A DNA stretch of 64,000 nt from Fimbriimonadales bacterium (lineage in GTDB: Bacteria; Armatimonadota; Fimbriimonadia; Fimbriimonadales; ATM1): NCBI GenBank assembly GCA_051003155.1, contig JBPCLO010000006.1, positions 1 through 64,000 on the forward strand, read 5' to 3'. Positions 1 through 9,821 of the stretch are shown here, one piece after another (positions within the stretch are counted from its first letter, which is position 1; each line of letters begins with the position of its first letter). The notes beneath the pieces were generated by a model. That model worked only from the letters and a program-made list of their open reading frames with translations. It was not told the DNA's origin and searched no databases. The translations under genes and the position numbers were made by a program.

Positions 1-2
1 GT

Positions 3-314
3 GGCGGCGCCTTCGACGTGTTCTCCATCGACATGGCCGATGTGTTCCTGAATGGTTCCGGCAATCTGGTAACCTTCACCGGAATCCATTCTGACTTGTC
101 GGTCACTGTCAACGTCATTGGCCTAACGGATGGATCGACGCTCGATACCTACGCGCTTACAGGCATGACCGATCTCATCGCCTTGGAGATCTTGGATGCC
201 GACCTCGTAGGTAACGCACTCCAGATCGACAATCTGACGACCGTGCCGGAGCCCGGCACGCTGGCCGTTTTGGCTCTGGGCGTTGCCGCATTGGCTCTTC
301 GCCGCCGCAAATAG
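3..314 (+). CDS. PEP-CTERM sorting domain protein, 5' part outside the window
   Basis: C-terminus VPEPGTLAVLALGVAALALRRRK (PEP motif, TM helix, basic tail); frame is open from the window edge. Confidence 0.92.
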   Translation, partial: GGAFDVFSIDMADVFLNGSGNLVTFTGIHSDLSVTVNVIGLTDGSTLDTYALTGMTDLIALEILDADLVGNALQIDNLTTVPEPGTLAVLALGVAALALRRRK

Positions 315-334
315 CAGGTAATCCTGCCTACTAC

Positions 335-368
335 AGAAGCGGCGCCTACAAATCGGCGCCGCTTCTTT
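335..368 (+). terminator. Intrinsic terminator-like hairpin after the PEP-CTERM gene
   Basis: Perfect 12-bp inverted repeat AGAAGCGGCGCC(335-346)/GGCGCCGCTTCT(355-366) with an 8-nt loop and a short T run. Confidence 0.7.
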
Positions 369-519
369 AGTAGATGGCAATGCCAATCACGTTGGCACAC
401 GATGTCTTTAGAGTCGCTAGCCCACGGCACACGCATATCACTGGAGAGATGTGAACGCGCCGCTTGCGCCAAGCTTCTTGTAGCTTTTAGATGAATATGT
501 TATCAGAAATCTGCTGTCC

Positions 520-1178
520 AGCCGAAGTTCGTCCAGTTCGGCCCGGCCGTGCGGGGAATCCCTCCGGGGTCACGCTAAAATCAACGCCCTCCCGAAATCG
601 CCGAAGCCCACGGGGGCCGAAGGGCAATATCGCAAGGCGACCGATGACTTGAAGAACCTTTGGGCGACGATCAATTCGAACCTGCCGCCGGGACCGGGTT
701 AACTCCGCTGCTGGGGATGCCCGGGCCGCACTTGGTGGCGGCTTTCACGTCGGATACCGGCGCGCTGATGTGCGCATTCACGGCGACTACGAACGCCGAT
801 GAGGACGCGCAACTTGCGCGGGAGCAGCGAGACGACATCTTCGACCCGATCCGCGCGCACTTGACGCCGCTCCCTGGCTCGACGCCCGCTCCTGTGCAGC
901 TTTCGATCACGTGGGACGTGCCGCGGTCGAAAGCGCACCTGGTCTGGAGCGAGTCGGACAATCCGAACGTCGCGAACTACTCGGTTCGCTATCATCCCTG
1001 CCCGGTCTACAAAGCCAGCGAAGAGCAGACTGTTTCTTCGGTTCCGGCTGGTATGGAGGAGTTCTTTACGGACATCGGCCTGCCCGCGCCCGGCAGCACC
1101 GCGTGGTTCAATGTCTACGTCGTGATGACGACCGGCAACGCGAAGGGATCGAACGCCGTGAAGATTATTCGGCCCTAG
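520..1178 (+). pseudogene. Frameshifted, truncated gene for a protein with a C-terminal fibronectin type III-like domain
   Basis: Frame 1 gives KINALPKSPKPTGAEGQYRKATDDLKNLWATINSNLPPGPG* (stop 700-702). Protein-like sequence resumes in frame 3 (ORF 660..1178) and ends in an FN3-like pattern LVWSES...YSVRY...FNVYVV. No credible start or RBS. Confidence 0.6.
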
Positions 1179-2514
1179 AGCGGAGCATCGCGAGCGCACC
1201 TTCCCGGTCGCCCGGGTCGAGTCGGCCGTCCAACACGGCTTCGGTCAGCCTCTGTTTCGCCTTGCCGACATCGGGGCCCGAGGGGAGGCCGAGCGCATGC
1301 ATGATTTCCGTTCCTGATAGGGGCGATTCGAGGGGTTCGTTTCGCGTGAGGGACCGCACGGCCGCGAGCTTTGCCTTGACGTCCGCAAAATCGATTCCTT
1401 TCGGCGCGGCGCGCAAAGACGCCGCATCCGCTTCGCAAACCGCGAGGAACGGCTCGAGGAGCGGACCCATGTCTCTGGTCAGCCGGCGAGCCGCAGGGGG
1501 CGTGAAAGGCACGGCAGAACCGAGTCGCATGTGGTTGCCGACGATCATACCGACGTCTGAAGCCGTCTTTCGGCTGAATCGCAGGCCCATCAGGGTATCG
1601 AACGTCATGTGTGCGCCGACTCTGTCGTGCCCCAAAAAGCGCACTCGACCGTCCGCCTCCACAGTTCGCGTGCGCGGCTTGCCGATGTCGTGAAAGAGCG
1701 CGCCGAGAACAACGAGCAGGTCGGGATTGCCCGCGACCTGGCCGACGACTTCGAGCGTGTGTTCCCAAACATCTTTTGTGTGATACGAGCCTTGGTCCAC
1801 GCCGATGCCCTCAGAAAACTCGGGCGCGAACACGTCGAGCAAGCCGAGGTTCATGAGGTCGCGCAGGCTCTGCGAAGCGCTCGTCGCCAGAAGCATCTTG
1901 ATGAGTTCATCCCGGATTCGCTCGCCGCTTATGACTTTCAACCGCTCCGCAGACCCCGACATCGCCTCGCCGAGGCCCGCGGCAAAGTGAAAACCAAGCC
2001 GGTTCTTGAACCGAACGGCCCGGAGCATACGCAGCGGGTCGTCGAAGAAGGTCGCGGCGGGTTCCAGGGGTGTGCGCAAGACTTTGTCTTCGAGGTCGGC
2101 ACGCCCGACGCGGAGGGGGTCGCGCACTTCCTCGCTATGGAGATTTCGGAGCAGCGTGTTGACCGTGAAATCCCGCCGTAGAGCGTCCTCCTTCAGTGTA
2201 GCCGGCTCGACGTTGGGCTTCCGGCTCTCTTTGTGATAGCTTTCGCTGCGGGCCGCGACGATTTCGACCTGCCCGCCTTCGACACAGACCAAAGCGGTGC
2301 CGAACCTCGGGTAGGTCACCGGATGGATCGTCGAGACGCCTTGCTCCCACAAGAACATGGCCAAGTCCGCCGAATCACCTTCGAGAACGATGTCGATCTC
2401 CGACGGCGGAAGGAGACCGAGGAGCGGGTCGCGAACCGCTCCGCCAACAAGCCAGAGCCCGCCTTCCCACTTGGTCTCCAGAGTGGCCTGGGCGATGCGC
2501 TCGGCGGGGGTCAC
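1165..2514 (-). CDS. cca: CCA-adding tRNA nucleotidyltransferase / poly(A) polymerase family with HD domain
   Basis: LVGGAVRD, EIDI, RRDFTVN, DDPLRMLRAVRF, SGERIRDE and HDIGK motifs. Confidence 0.9.
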   Translation of the reverse strand: MTPAERIAQATLETKWEGGLWLVGGAVRDPLLGLLPPSEIDIVLEGDSADLAMFLWEQGVSTIHPVTYPRFGTALVCVEGGQVEIVAARSESYHKESRKPNVEPATLKEDALRRDFTVNTLLRNLHSEEVRDPLRVGRADLEDKVLRTPLEPAATFFDDPLRMLRAVRFKNRLGFHFAAGLGEAMSGSAERLKVISGERIRDELIKMLLATSASQSLRDLMNLGLLDVFAPEFSEGIGVDQGSYHTKDVWEHTLEVVGQVAGNPDLLVVLGALFHDIGKPRTRTVEADGRVRFLGHDRVGAHMTFDTLMGLRFSRKTASDVGMIVGNHMRLGSAVPFTPPAARRLTRDMGPLLEPFLAVCEADAASLRAAPKGIDFADVKAKLAAVRSLTRNEPLESPLSGTEIMHALGLPSGPDVGKAKQRLTEAVLDGRLDPGDREGALAMLRSRAE

Positions 2515-2548
2515 GTGTATATTATGGGGTCGGCGGGTTTGCGGGCTA

Positions 2549-3172
2549 ATGTATCGGTGTGTTTTCTATCCTTTGGCGAAGGGCCTCTTGGCCGTGCTCC
2601 TTTTCTTATTGGGGCCGGTCAGGGTCGTCGGCCGTGTGCGGGTTCCGCAAGCCGGTGGCGTGCTTATCGTGGCAAACCACATTAGCGACGCCGACCCACC
2701 GGTTATGGGCCACGCGGTGCCCAGGACGGCGCACTTCATGGCCAAGTCGGAACTGTTCTCGATTCCGGTCCTGGGAGCGGTTATCAGGGCGCTTCAGGCC
2801 TTTCCCGTGAATCGGGGAGCGCCCGATCGTGCAGCTTTGAGAAGGACGATCCAGCTTTTGCAGCAGGGCGAGGCGGTCGTCATGTTTCCGGAGGGCGAGA
2901 TCAGCGAGACGGGTAAGATGCAGCCCCTTTTGCCGGGAGCGGCGTTGATCGTGCGAAGTTCGGGAGTTCCGGTTATGTGCGCCGGGCTGGTCGGCACAAC
3001 CAAAATAGTACCTTTCAAGGCGGTCGTGCCGCGGCCTGCCCTTGGCGGCGTTTATGTTCGCTTTGGCAAACCCCGAAGATTCGCAAAGGAAACGCCTCAG
3101 GAAGAGATTCTCGGTTGGATCGAGGCCGAATTTCACGCCCTGATCTTGACTCCAGACCCCGCGAAAAGGTGA
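2549..3172 (+). CDS. plsC: 1-acyl-sn-glycerol-3-phosphate acyltransferase
   Basis: NHISDAD (HX4D), FMAKSELF and FPEG motifs; start moved to ATG 2549 to avoid overlap with cca. Confidence 0.88.
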   Translation: MYRCVFYPLAKGLLAVLLFLLGPVRVVGRVRVPQAGGVLIVANHISDADPPVMGHAVPRTAHFMAKSELFSIPVLGAVIRALQAFPVNRGAPDRAALRRTIQLLQQGEAVVMFPEGEISETGKMQPLLPGAALIVRSSGVPVMCAGLVGTTKIVPFKAVVPRPALGGVYVRFGKPRRFAKETPQEEILGWIEAEFHALILTPDPAKR

Positions 3173-3214
3173 AATGAAAGACGCGGGCGAAGCTCGAACG
3201 CCCGACCCATTTCG

Positions 3215-4156
3215 ATGAGCAGCCCATTGCAATCGCCTGTCAAGAGCGCCGCGCCGGTGGCGTTGCCGCAGGACGAACCGGCCGTAACCGTCCACCCTTC
3301 AAGGCTTTCAGACTACTGGGCCTTGAGCAAGCCGCGGGTTACCATCCTCGTTTGGATAACCACGCTCTTGGGGATGGTGATCGCGGCAGGCGTTGCCGAC
3401 ATCCAGGTGGGCGGATGGCTTTTTTTCCACATGCTTGTTGGCTCGTGGCTCGTAATCGCTGCGGCCAACGTTTTCAATCAGGTCCTCGAGAGAGAGGCCG
3501 ACTCCAAAATGCGACGGACGCGGACGAGGCCTATCGCCTCCGGCCGTATCGCGACCCGCGAGGGCTGGGCTCTCGGGGCGGTTTGGGTGATCCTCGGGCT
3601 CTCGCAACTGGCGCTTTTCGTGAACCTGCTTGTGGCCCTTTTCGGAGCCGTTTCCATCGCAGCATACGCCTTCGCATACACGCCGCTCAAACCGAGGAGC
3701 CATTTGGCGACGGCAATCGGAGCTATTCCCGGTGCGATTCCTCCCCTTGCGGGTTGGGTTGCCGTAACCGGTTCGATCTCGCTGCCCGGGATCATGCTCT
3801 TTGCGCTGCAGTTCTTCTGGCAGTTTCCTCATTTCTGGGCGATCGCCTGGTTGTTGCGCGAGGATTACTTCGCCGCAGGATTCAAAATGCTGCCGTTCCC
3901 GGGCGCCGACGGCAAATCTACTGCCCTGGCGACCCTCCAATACTCGCTTGCGGCCTGGCCACTTAGCTTCGCTTTCTCGGTATTCGTTTTGCAGCCGGTC
4001 GTTTATGTCCTGGGCGCTTTCGCCCTCAATCTGTGGATTACCCTAGCGGCGCACAGGTTTTGGGTATCGCCGGGCGATGCCCAAGCCAAGAAGGTTCTCA
4101 AGGCGAGCGTCGTTTACTTGCCGCTTCTCTTGCTTCTATTAGTTTGCTGCCTCTGA
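3215..4156 (+). CDS. cyoE: Protoheme IX farnesyltransferase (heme O synthase)
   Basis: LSKPRV, NQVLEREADSKMRRTRTRP, YTPLK, GAIPGAIPPLAGW, WQFPHF. Confidence 0.95.
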   Translation: MSSPLQSPVKSAAPVALPQDEPAVTVHPSRLSDYWALSKPRVTILVWITTLLGMVIAAGVADIQVGGWLFFHMLVGSWLVIAAANVFNQVLEREADSKMRRTRTRPIASGRIATREGWALGAVWVILGLSQLALFVNLLVALFGAVSIAAYAFAYTPLKPRSHLATAIGAIPGAIPPLAGWVAVTGSISLPGIMLFALQFFWQFPHFWAIAWLLREDYFAAGFKMLPFPGADGKSTALATLQYSLAAWPLSFAFSVFVLQPVVYVLGAFALNLWITLAAHRFWVSPGDAQAKKVLKASVVYLPLLLLLLVCCL

Positions 4157-4197
4157 CCGAAGGTGCCCGTAGGTACAATTTGAATCAGACCTTCCGA

Positions 4198-4824
4198 ATG
4201 GATAAGACCAAGCTCAGCGGCGACGATTTGCCGGAGTCCGCGATTACCGGAAACGGCCATGGCAGTGGGCTTTCTCCGGACCAAGACGGCTCTTTTAGCG
4301 CGGCGCGACTCGGAATGTGGCTCGCGGTGGGCGCTCTCAGCATGGTCTTTGCGGCGCTTGCGGTGGCTTATGTAGCTCGGCTCCATGACAAGCCGAACTT
4401 CTTCTTCGAAGCCCCGTCGAGTTTGTGGGCCAGCACGGTGATCCTCGTCTTCAGCAGCTTTACCTTACACCTATCAGTTGCTGCGATTAGGAAAGGGGAG
4501 CAGAAGCGGTTTCGGCAATTTCTCGCCATCACGGTCGTCCTCGGGTGGCTTTTCATCGTAAGCCAGCTTTTCGCCTGGTTCCAATTGATGAGCAGCGGCT
4601 TCTATGCCCAGACCAACCCGTTCAGTGGGTTCTTTTACATCCTTACCTTCGTTCATGCGGCCCACCTGATCGTGGGAATCGTCTGGATTAGCTACCTGCA
4701 TAGGGTTGCGGTTGCGAATGTGTTTACGGCAAAGCGCCACCTGGCCGTGGACCTAGGCGCCCTGTATTGGCATTTCGTCGACGTCGCCTGGATCGTGCTC
4801 TTCGTGCTCCTTATGTTTTTCTGA
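4198..4824 (+). CDS. Heme-copper oxidase subunit III family protein (second paralogue)
   Basis: Multi-TM protein with STVILVFSS, FFYILTFVHAAHL and YWHFVDVAW; start at ATG 4198. Confidence 0.88.
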   Translation: MDKTKLSGDDLPESAITGNGHGSGLSPDQDGSFSAARLGMWLAVGALSMVFAALAVAYVARLHDKPNFFFEAPSSLWASTVILVFSSFTLHLSVAAIRKGEQKRFRQFLAITVVLGWLFIVSQLFAWFQLMSSGFYAQTNPFSGFFYILTFVHAAHLIVGIVWISYLHRVAVANVFTAKRHLAVDLGALYWHFVDVAWIVLFVLLMFF

Positions 4825-4825
4825 A

Positions 4826-5455
4826 ATGATGAATGTAGACAGCCTCCGCCGCCTTCGTTTCTTTCTTTGGGGAATGCTGCTTGTTGCGGTCTTGACCATT
4901 GTCTCGGTTTACGTCCTGATGGGGGTCATGGCGAACAAGGCTATTATCGCCAGCGCAACGCGCTTGGAGCCGTTGGGTTCTGTCCCGGCTTTCGACTTCG
5001 CCACGCACTCCGGTCGGCGGATTTCGGACTCCGCGTTGGCCGGAAAGGTTTGGGTGGCTGACTTTTTCTTTAGCAGTTGCCAAGGCGTTTGCCCGAAAAT
5101 GAAAGCGAGCCTTCGCGATGTGCAGAAAGCATTCGATGAGAGTCAGGACGTGAAGCTCGTGTCTTTTAGCGTCGACCCGAAACGGGACACGATCGAACGA
5201 TTGAAAGTGTTCGCCAAGAAGTGGAACGCCAAGCCAGGGCGGTGGTATTTCGTGACGGGCAAGCAAGGGGAGATCAACAAGCTCGCGAACAAAGGGTTCA
5301 TGCTCGGCGGAAGCGAGGTGCCGGGCGAGATTCTTCACAGTAGCAAGTTCGTGCTGGTGGACCAACAGGGGAACATTCGGGGGTACTACGACGGGACCGA
5401 CGCGGAGTCCGTAAAGCAACTTATCGCTGATATCCGGACGTTGCGCGACACATGA
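4826..5455 (+). CDS. SCO1/SenC copper chaperone
   Basis: N-terminal TM, ADFFFSSCQGVCP (CxxxC), SVDPKRDT, HSSKFVLVD...IRGYYDG. Confidence 0.92.
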   Translation: MMNVDSLRRLRFFLWGMLLVAVLTIVSVYVLMGVMANKAIIASATRLEPLGSVPAFDFATHSGRRISDSALAGKVWVADFFFSSCQGVCPKMKASLRDVQKAFDESQDVKLVSFSVDPKRDTIERLKVFAKKWNAKPGRWYFVTGKQGEINKLANKGFMLGGSEVPGEILHSSKFVLVDQQGNIRGYYDGTDAESVKQLIADIRTLRDT

Positions 5456-5883
5456 TCGCACTCGAAAACCTCCCCAGTATCAATGCGGCGCTCAATACGC
5501 TCAGCGCATCGCTTCTCGCTTCCGGTTTCTATTTCATCAAGAGGAAGAACATTCCTGCGCACCGAGCTTGCATGCTCGGCGCAGTCGCCTCGTCGATAAT
5601 CTTCCTAATCGGCTACCTCACATACCATTTCAATGTCGGAACGACGCGATTTCAGGGTGAAGGCGTCGTGCGGCCGATGTACTTTACGCTACTCCTGACA
5701 CACACGATACTCGCCGTTGCCATCGTGCCTCTTGTCATCACGACCCTGTACCGCGCGTTAGGGAGCCGATTCGAAGCCCACAAAAGGATCGCTCGCTGGA
5801 CCCTACCGCTATGGCTCTACGTCTCTGCGACGGGAGTCCTGGTCTATTTCATGCTATATCACTGGTTTCCTGGCAAGACTTAA
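5452..5883 (+). CDS. DUF420 (CtaM/YozB-like) membrane protein
   Basis: LPSINAALN...H..M...FL..Y..YH...HTILA...HKRIARWTLPLWLYVSATGV. Confidence 0.88.
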   Translation: MIALENLPSINAALNTLSASLLASGFYFIKRKNIPAHRACMLGAVASSIIFLIGYLTYHFNVGTTRFQGEGVVRPMYFTLLLTHTILAVAIVPLVITTLYRALGSRFEAHKRIARWTLPLWLYVSATGVLVYFMLYHWFPGKT

Positions 5884-5935
5884 GGGGACTTTGTACAAAA
5901 CATGCACAAAATCCTCACCGTTTGCCCGGTGGCCC

Positions 5936-5966
5936 TTGACAGGACTCGTTGCGTTGCGGCTAACAT
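5936..5966 (+). promoter_or_regulatory. Candidate sigma70 promoter of the act-cox operon
   Basis: TTGACA (5936-5941) and TAACAT (5961-5966); the 19-nt spacer is suboptimal. Confidence 0.35.
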
Positions 5967-6119
5967 GAGAAGTCCGATTCTTCACCCGTCTTGGCATGCG
6001 CCCACCGAGACAGACTTCGATGGGTTTCGCAACGGCTAATGCTGAGAGAGTGTCGGCCGACAATTAGGCAAGGAGTTTTCCAGGCCTTTTTTTAGGGCCG
6101 AGTTTCGGGAGGGAGCAAG

Positions 6120-6770
6120 ATGCCGCAGGTCTTTAGCAAGAGCAGCAACGTACTGGCGAGGTTGACCTTCATCGTGGGAGGCCTCTTGCTCGCGGTTGTT
6201 GTTTTGGTCGGTGCGAACGTGACGTCTTACACGCACAGGCTCGGAGTGGCGCTCGACCAGCCGGCCCCATTCAGCCATAAACACCACTACCGAGAATTGG
6301 GAATCGACTGTCTCTTCTGCCACACTTCGGCCGAAAAGACGGCCATCGCCGGCGTCCCCGCTACGGAGACCTGCTATACCTGTCACTCGCAAATCTGGAC
6401 GAACAGCCCCCTCTTGCAGGTCGTCCGCGATAGTTATGAGAAAAACACTCCTATCGAATGGAACCGTGTCAACAACGTTCCAGATTTCGTCTACTTCGAC
6501 CACAGTGTTCATGTAGCGAAGGGAGTTTCGTGCTTCACGTGCCACGGCCGGATCGATAACCAAAACCTCACTTTCAAGGAACACGCCTTCCAGATGAAGT
6601 GGTGCCTGGACTGTCACCGCAACCCGGAAGAATTCGTGCGGCCGGACGCTGAAGTTTTCAATCCTGAATACCATTACGGGCCTGACCATGCGCAACTCGG
6701 CCGCGAATTAGTTGAGAAGCGAGGCATCGTGAAAGAGCAGCTCGACGACTGTTCGGTGTGCCACCACTAA
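6120..6770 (+). CDS. actA: Alternative complex III pentaheme cytochrome c subunit ActA
   Basis: N-terminal TM, QPAPFSHKHH, five CxxCH motifs (CLFCH, CYTCH, CFTCH, CLDCH, CSVCH), PDFVYFDHSVH. Confidence 0.95.
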   Translation: MPQVFSKSSNVLARLTFIVGGLLLAVVVLVGANVTSYTHRLGVALDQPAPFSHKHHYRELGIDCLFCHTSAEKTAIAGVPATETCYTCHSQIWTNSPLLQVVRDSYEKNTPIEWNRVNNVPDFVYFDHSVHVAKGVSCFTCHGRIDNQNLTFKEHAFQMKWCLDCHRNPEEFVRPDAEVFNPEYHYGPDHAQLGRELVEKRGIVKEQLDDCSVCHH

Positions 6771-9700
6771 TGGACGATAACGGCAAAGGGCATGGCTTGG
6801 ACCTGTCGGCGATCCGGGCGAAGCTGGATAGCGGCGACGGGCAAATCACTTGGCGGAGCCTCGAAGAGCTCGCCGAAACGGAGGAGTTCTCCGAGTACTT
6901 GGAGAGGGAATTTCCGCAGCAAGCCGCCCCTTGGCGCGAAGGAATGGATCGGCGCCAATTTATCAAAATCATGGGCGCGTCCCTTGCAATGGCCGGACTC
7001 GCCGCCTGCCGTCCACAGGCAATCGAGAAGATCGTCCCGTACGTTCGCGTCCCCGAGGACCATATACCCGGCGAGGCGGTTTTTTATGCCACGACGTTGA
7101 CCCTCGGCGGCTTTGCCTACGGTGCGCTTGCCAAAGCTAACGACGGCAGGCCAACGAAAATCGAAGGCAACCCTGAGCATCCGGCCAGCCTCGGCTCGTC
7201 TAACATTTTTCTCCAGGCCATGGTGCTCGGCCTGTACGATCCGGATCGCTCGCAAACCGTTCTAAACGTAGCGAACCCCGGCACTTGGAATGCTTTTTAT
7301 TCGGCGGTCCGGACGGAAATGGACAGACAAAGGACCGTTCGAGGAAGCGGGTTGCGCATTCTCACGGAAACGATTACCTCGCCGACCATTGCCGCGCAGA
7401 TGAAGCAACTGCTCGAGGAGTTCCCGGAAGCCAAATGGCACCAGTACGAGCCTGCCAACCGTGACAATGTCCACGAAGGCGCGGTTCTCGGATTCCACCA
7501 ACCCGCGGACGCGATCTACAGCTTCGACAAGGCTGATGTCGTTGTCTCACTCGACAGCGATTTCTTGAACTCTGGTCCAGGACACCTGCGTTACGCTCGC
7601 GATTTCGCCGCCAAACGCCGCGTTCGACTGGATAAGAAAACCATGAACCGGTTCTATGCGATCGAGAGCACTCTGACCGTGACCGGTTCCATGGCCGACC
7701 ACCGCCTCCCGCTGAAAGCAAGCAGTGTTCTAGGAGCGGCGAGTTTCCTCACAGCAAGCCTGGGCGTTGGTTCGGACGTGCAAGCGGTGACGGAAGAGGA
7801 GCGCCGCTTCCTAATCGCCTTGGCCCACGACCTCGAACAGCATCGCGGCCGCAGCATCGTCATCGCCGGCGACCATCAACCGCCCGCGGTCCATGCCCTC
7901 GCCCACACCTTGAATTCGATCCTCGAAAACGACGGCGCGACGGTGAGATACGTCGAGCCAGTGGAAGCAAACACCGATTCGCAAGCCAAATCGATTGTCG
8001 AACTGGCCAACGCGATGGACAAGGGCGTCGTCGACGTTTTGCTGATCCTCGGCGGCAATCCGGTATTCACCGCCCCGGCGGACTTGGCGTTTGCGGGCAA
8101 GCTTCGGAAGGTGGCTTTCAGCGCGCACCTTAGCCTCTACCGCGACGAAACCTCCACCTATTGCCGCTGGCACCTACCGATGGCTCATGAACTGGAAGCC
8201 TGGGGAGACGCCCGGGCATTCGACGGAACGGCGTCGATCACACAGCCTCTGATCGAGCCTCTTTATGCAGGGCAGTCTGCGATCGAGGTGTTGGCGGGAG
8301 TTCTAGGAAAGCGGGAATCGGGCTACGACATCGTGCGGCGCCAGTGGCGGCGCAGCGGCCTTGCGGAAGACGTGTCTTGGAATCGCGCTCTGCACACAGG
8401 CGTGATTCCCAATACCGCCAGGGCGTCGAAGGACATGCGAAATAGCCCGGGCGTGCGCCCAGGTCCCGTACGCGAACCTGCCGCCGGAATCGAGATCAAT
8501 TTTAGGCCCGACAGCACCATTTGGGACGGCCGCTTCGCCAACAACGCGTGGCTCCAAGAGCTGCCAAAGCCGGTTCAGAAGTACACCTGGGACAGCGCGA
8601 TTCATATCGGCCCGAAGATGGCCGAGAGGCTGAAGGTCCACGACAAGGCGGGTGCATTGGGCGGCAACGTCAAGGTGCCGATGGGCCAGATCAAGTATGG
8701 GGGGCGCACTATCGTCGCGCCACTTTGGGTAGTGCCTGGCCAACCCGACGACTCGATCACCGTGCACTACGGCAACGGCCGCAAGAAGGTCGGAAACGTC
8801 GGCCACGACATCGGTTTCGACTTCTACTCGATTCGAAACTCCTCCGAACCGTGGATCGGCACCGGCGTCGAGCTAACGCTGACCGGCGAGACCTACCAGA
8901 TGGCCTCCACGCAGCACCACCACAATATGGAGGGCCGCGACTTCGTCAAGACAATGTCCGCAGACGAATTCGCCCACGACCCTGAGCATGCCATGGGCCA
9001 CGTCCATGGGCCGCAGGAAGAGATGTCGATGTACCCCGAGCGGCCGTACAACGGCAACAAGTGGGGAATGTCGATCGACACCAGCATCTGCACCGGGTGC
9101 AGCGCGTGCGTGATCGCTTGCCAGTCCGAAAACAACATTCCGACGGTGGGCAAGGACCAGGTCAAAAAGGGCAGGGAAATGCACTGGATCCGGGTCGACC
9201 GCTACTTCAAAGGCTCCCTCGATAACCCGGCGATGCTCCACCAGCCGGTGCCGTGCATGCACTGTGAGCAAGCTCCCTGCGAAGTCGTTTGCCCGGTCGC
9301 GGCAACCACTCACGGCTCTGAAGGCCTGAACGAGATGGTTTATAACCGTTGCGTTGGAACTCGGTATTGCTCGAACAACTGCCCCTATAAGGTGCGCCGG
9401 TTCAATTTCAGGCATTACTCCGACAACGTTACGACGGAGGTTCCGTCACCCAACGACGCACCTGTGCTCAAGCTGGTGAACAACCCCAACGTCACCGTTC
9501 GCGGACGTGGCGTGATGGAGAAGTGCACCTACTGCGTTCAGCGCATCAACGAAGCTCGCAAGACGGCGAAGAAGGAGAATCGCGCGATAGAGGATGGCGA
9601 GATTGTCACCGCTTGCCAGGCCGCTTGCCCGGCGCAAGCAATCGTTTTTGGCAACCTGAATGATGCGGAGAGCAAGGTCTCCAAGCTGAAGGCCCAGCCC

Positions 9701-9817
9701 CACGAGTACATCTTGGTGGAAGAGCTCAATACGAGGCCACGAACGACCTACCTTGCAACGGTGTTGAACCCTAATACCGAACTGGCGCCAGCGGCGCCAG
9801 ATGGAGAGGGTCACTAA
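6770..9817 (+). CDS. actB: Alternative complex III ActB (molybdopterin oxidoreductase-like plus Fe-S domain)
   Basis: WRSLEEL...EF leader, twin-Arg DRRQFIK..LAAC, GRPTKIEGNPEHP, Fe-S motifs CTGCSACVIAC, CMHCEQAPC..VCP, CVGTRYCSNNCP, KCTYC; ATG overlaps the actA stop. Confidence 0.95.
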   Translation: MDDNGKGHGLDLSAIRAKLDSGDGQITWRSLEELAETEEFSEYLEREFPQQAAPWREGMDRRQFIKIMGASLAMAGLAACRPQAIEKIVPYVRVPEDHIPGEAVFYATTLTLGGFAYGALAKANDGRPTKIEGNPEHPASLGSSNIFLQAMVLGLYDPDRSQTVLNVANPGTWNAFYSAVRTEMDRQRTVRGSGLRILTETITSPTIAAQMKQLLEEFPEAKWHQYEPANRDNVHEGAVLGFHQPADAIYSFDKADVVVSLDSDFLNSGPGHLRYARDFAAKRRVRLDKKTMNRFYAIESTLTVTGSMADHRLPLKASSVLGAASFLTASLGVGSDVQAVTEEERRFLIALAHDLEQHRGRSIVIAGDHQPPAVHALAHTLNSILENDGATVRYVEPVEANTDSQAKSIVELANAMDKGVVDVLLILGGNPVFTAPADLAFAGKLRKVAFSAHLSLYRDETSTYCRWHLPMAHELEAWGDARAFDGTASITQPLIEPLYAGQSAIEVLAGVLGKRESGYDIVRRQWRRSGLAEDVSWNRALHTGVIPNTARASKDMRNSPGVRPGPVREPAAGIEINFRPDSTIWDGRFANNAWLQELPKPVQKYTWDSAIHIGPKMAERLKVHDKAGALGGNVKVPMGQIKYGGRTIVAPLWVVPGQPDDSITVHYGNGRKKVGNVGHDIGFDFYSIRNSSEPWIGTGVELTLTGETYQMASTQHHHNMEGRDFVKTMSADEFAHDPEHAMGHVHGPQEEMSMYPERPYNGNKWGMSIDTSICTGCSACVIACQSENNIPTVGKDQVKKGREMHWIRVDRYFKGSLDNPAMLHQPVPCMHCEQAPCEVVCPVAATTHGSEGLNEMVYNRCVGTRYCSNNCPYKVRRFNFRHYSDNVTTEVPSPNDAPVLKLVNNPNVTVRGRGVMEKCTYCVQRINEARKTAKKENRAIEDGEIVTACQAACPAQAIVFGNLNDAESKVSKLKAQPHEYILVEELNTRPRTTYLATVLNPNTELAPAAPDGEGH

Positions 9818-9821
9818 GACG

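Noticed and set aside
5891..5909. Rex-like operator TTGTACAAAACATGCACAA upstream of actA
   Set aside because: One base too long and several mismatches against TTGTGAA-N4-TTCACAA; not supportable alone
6030..6060. TPP riboswitch suggested by GCTGAGA
   Set aside because: The downstream CCTGA..GATAATGC..CGTAGG core is absent and the genes are not thiamine-related
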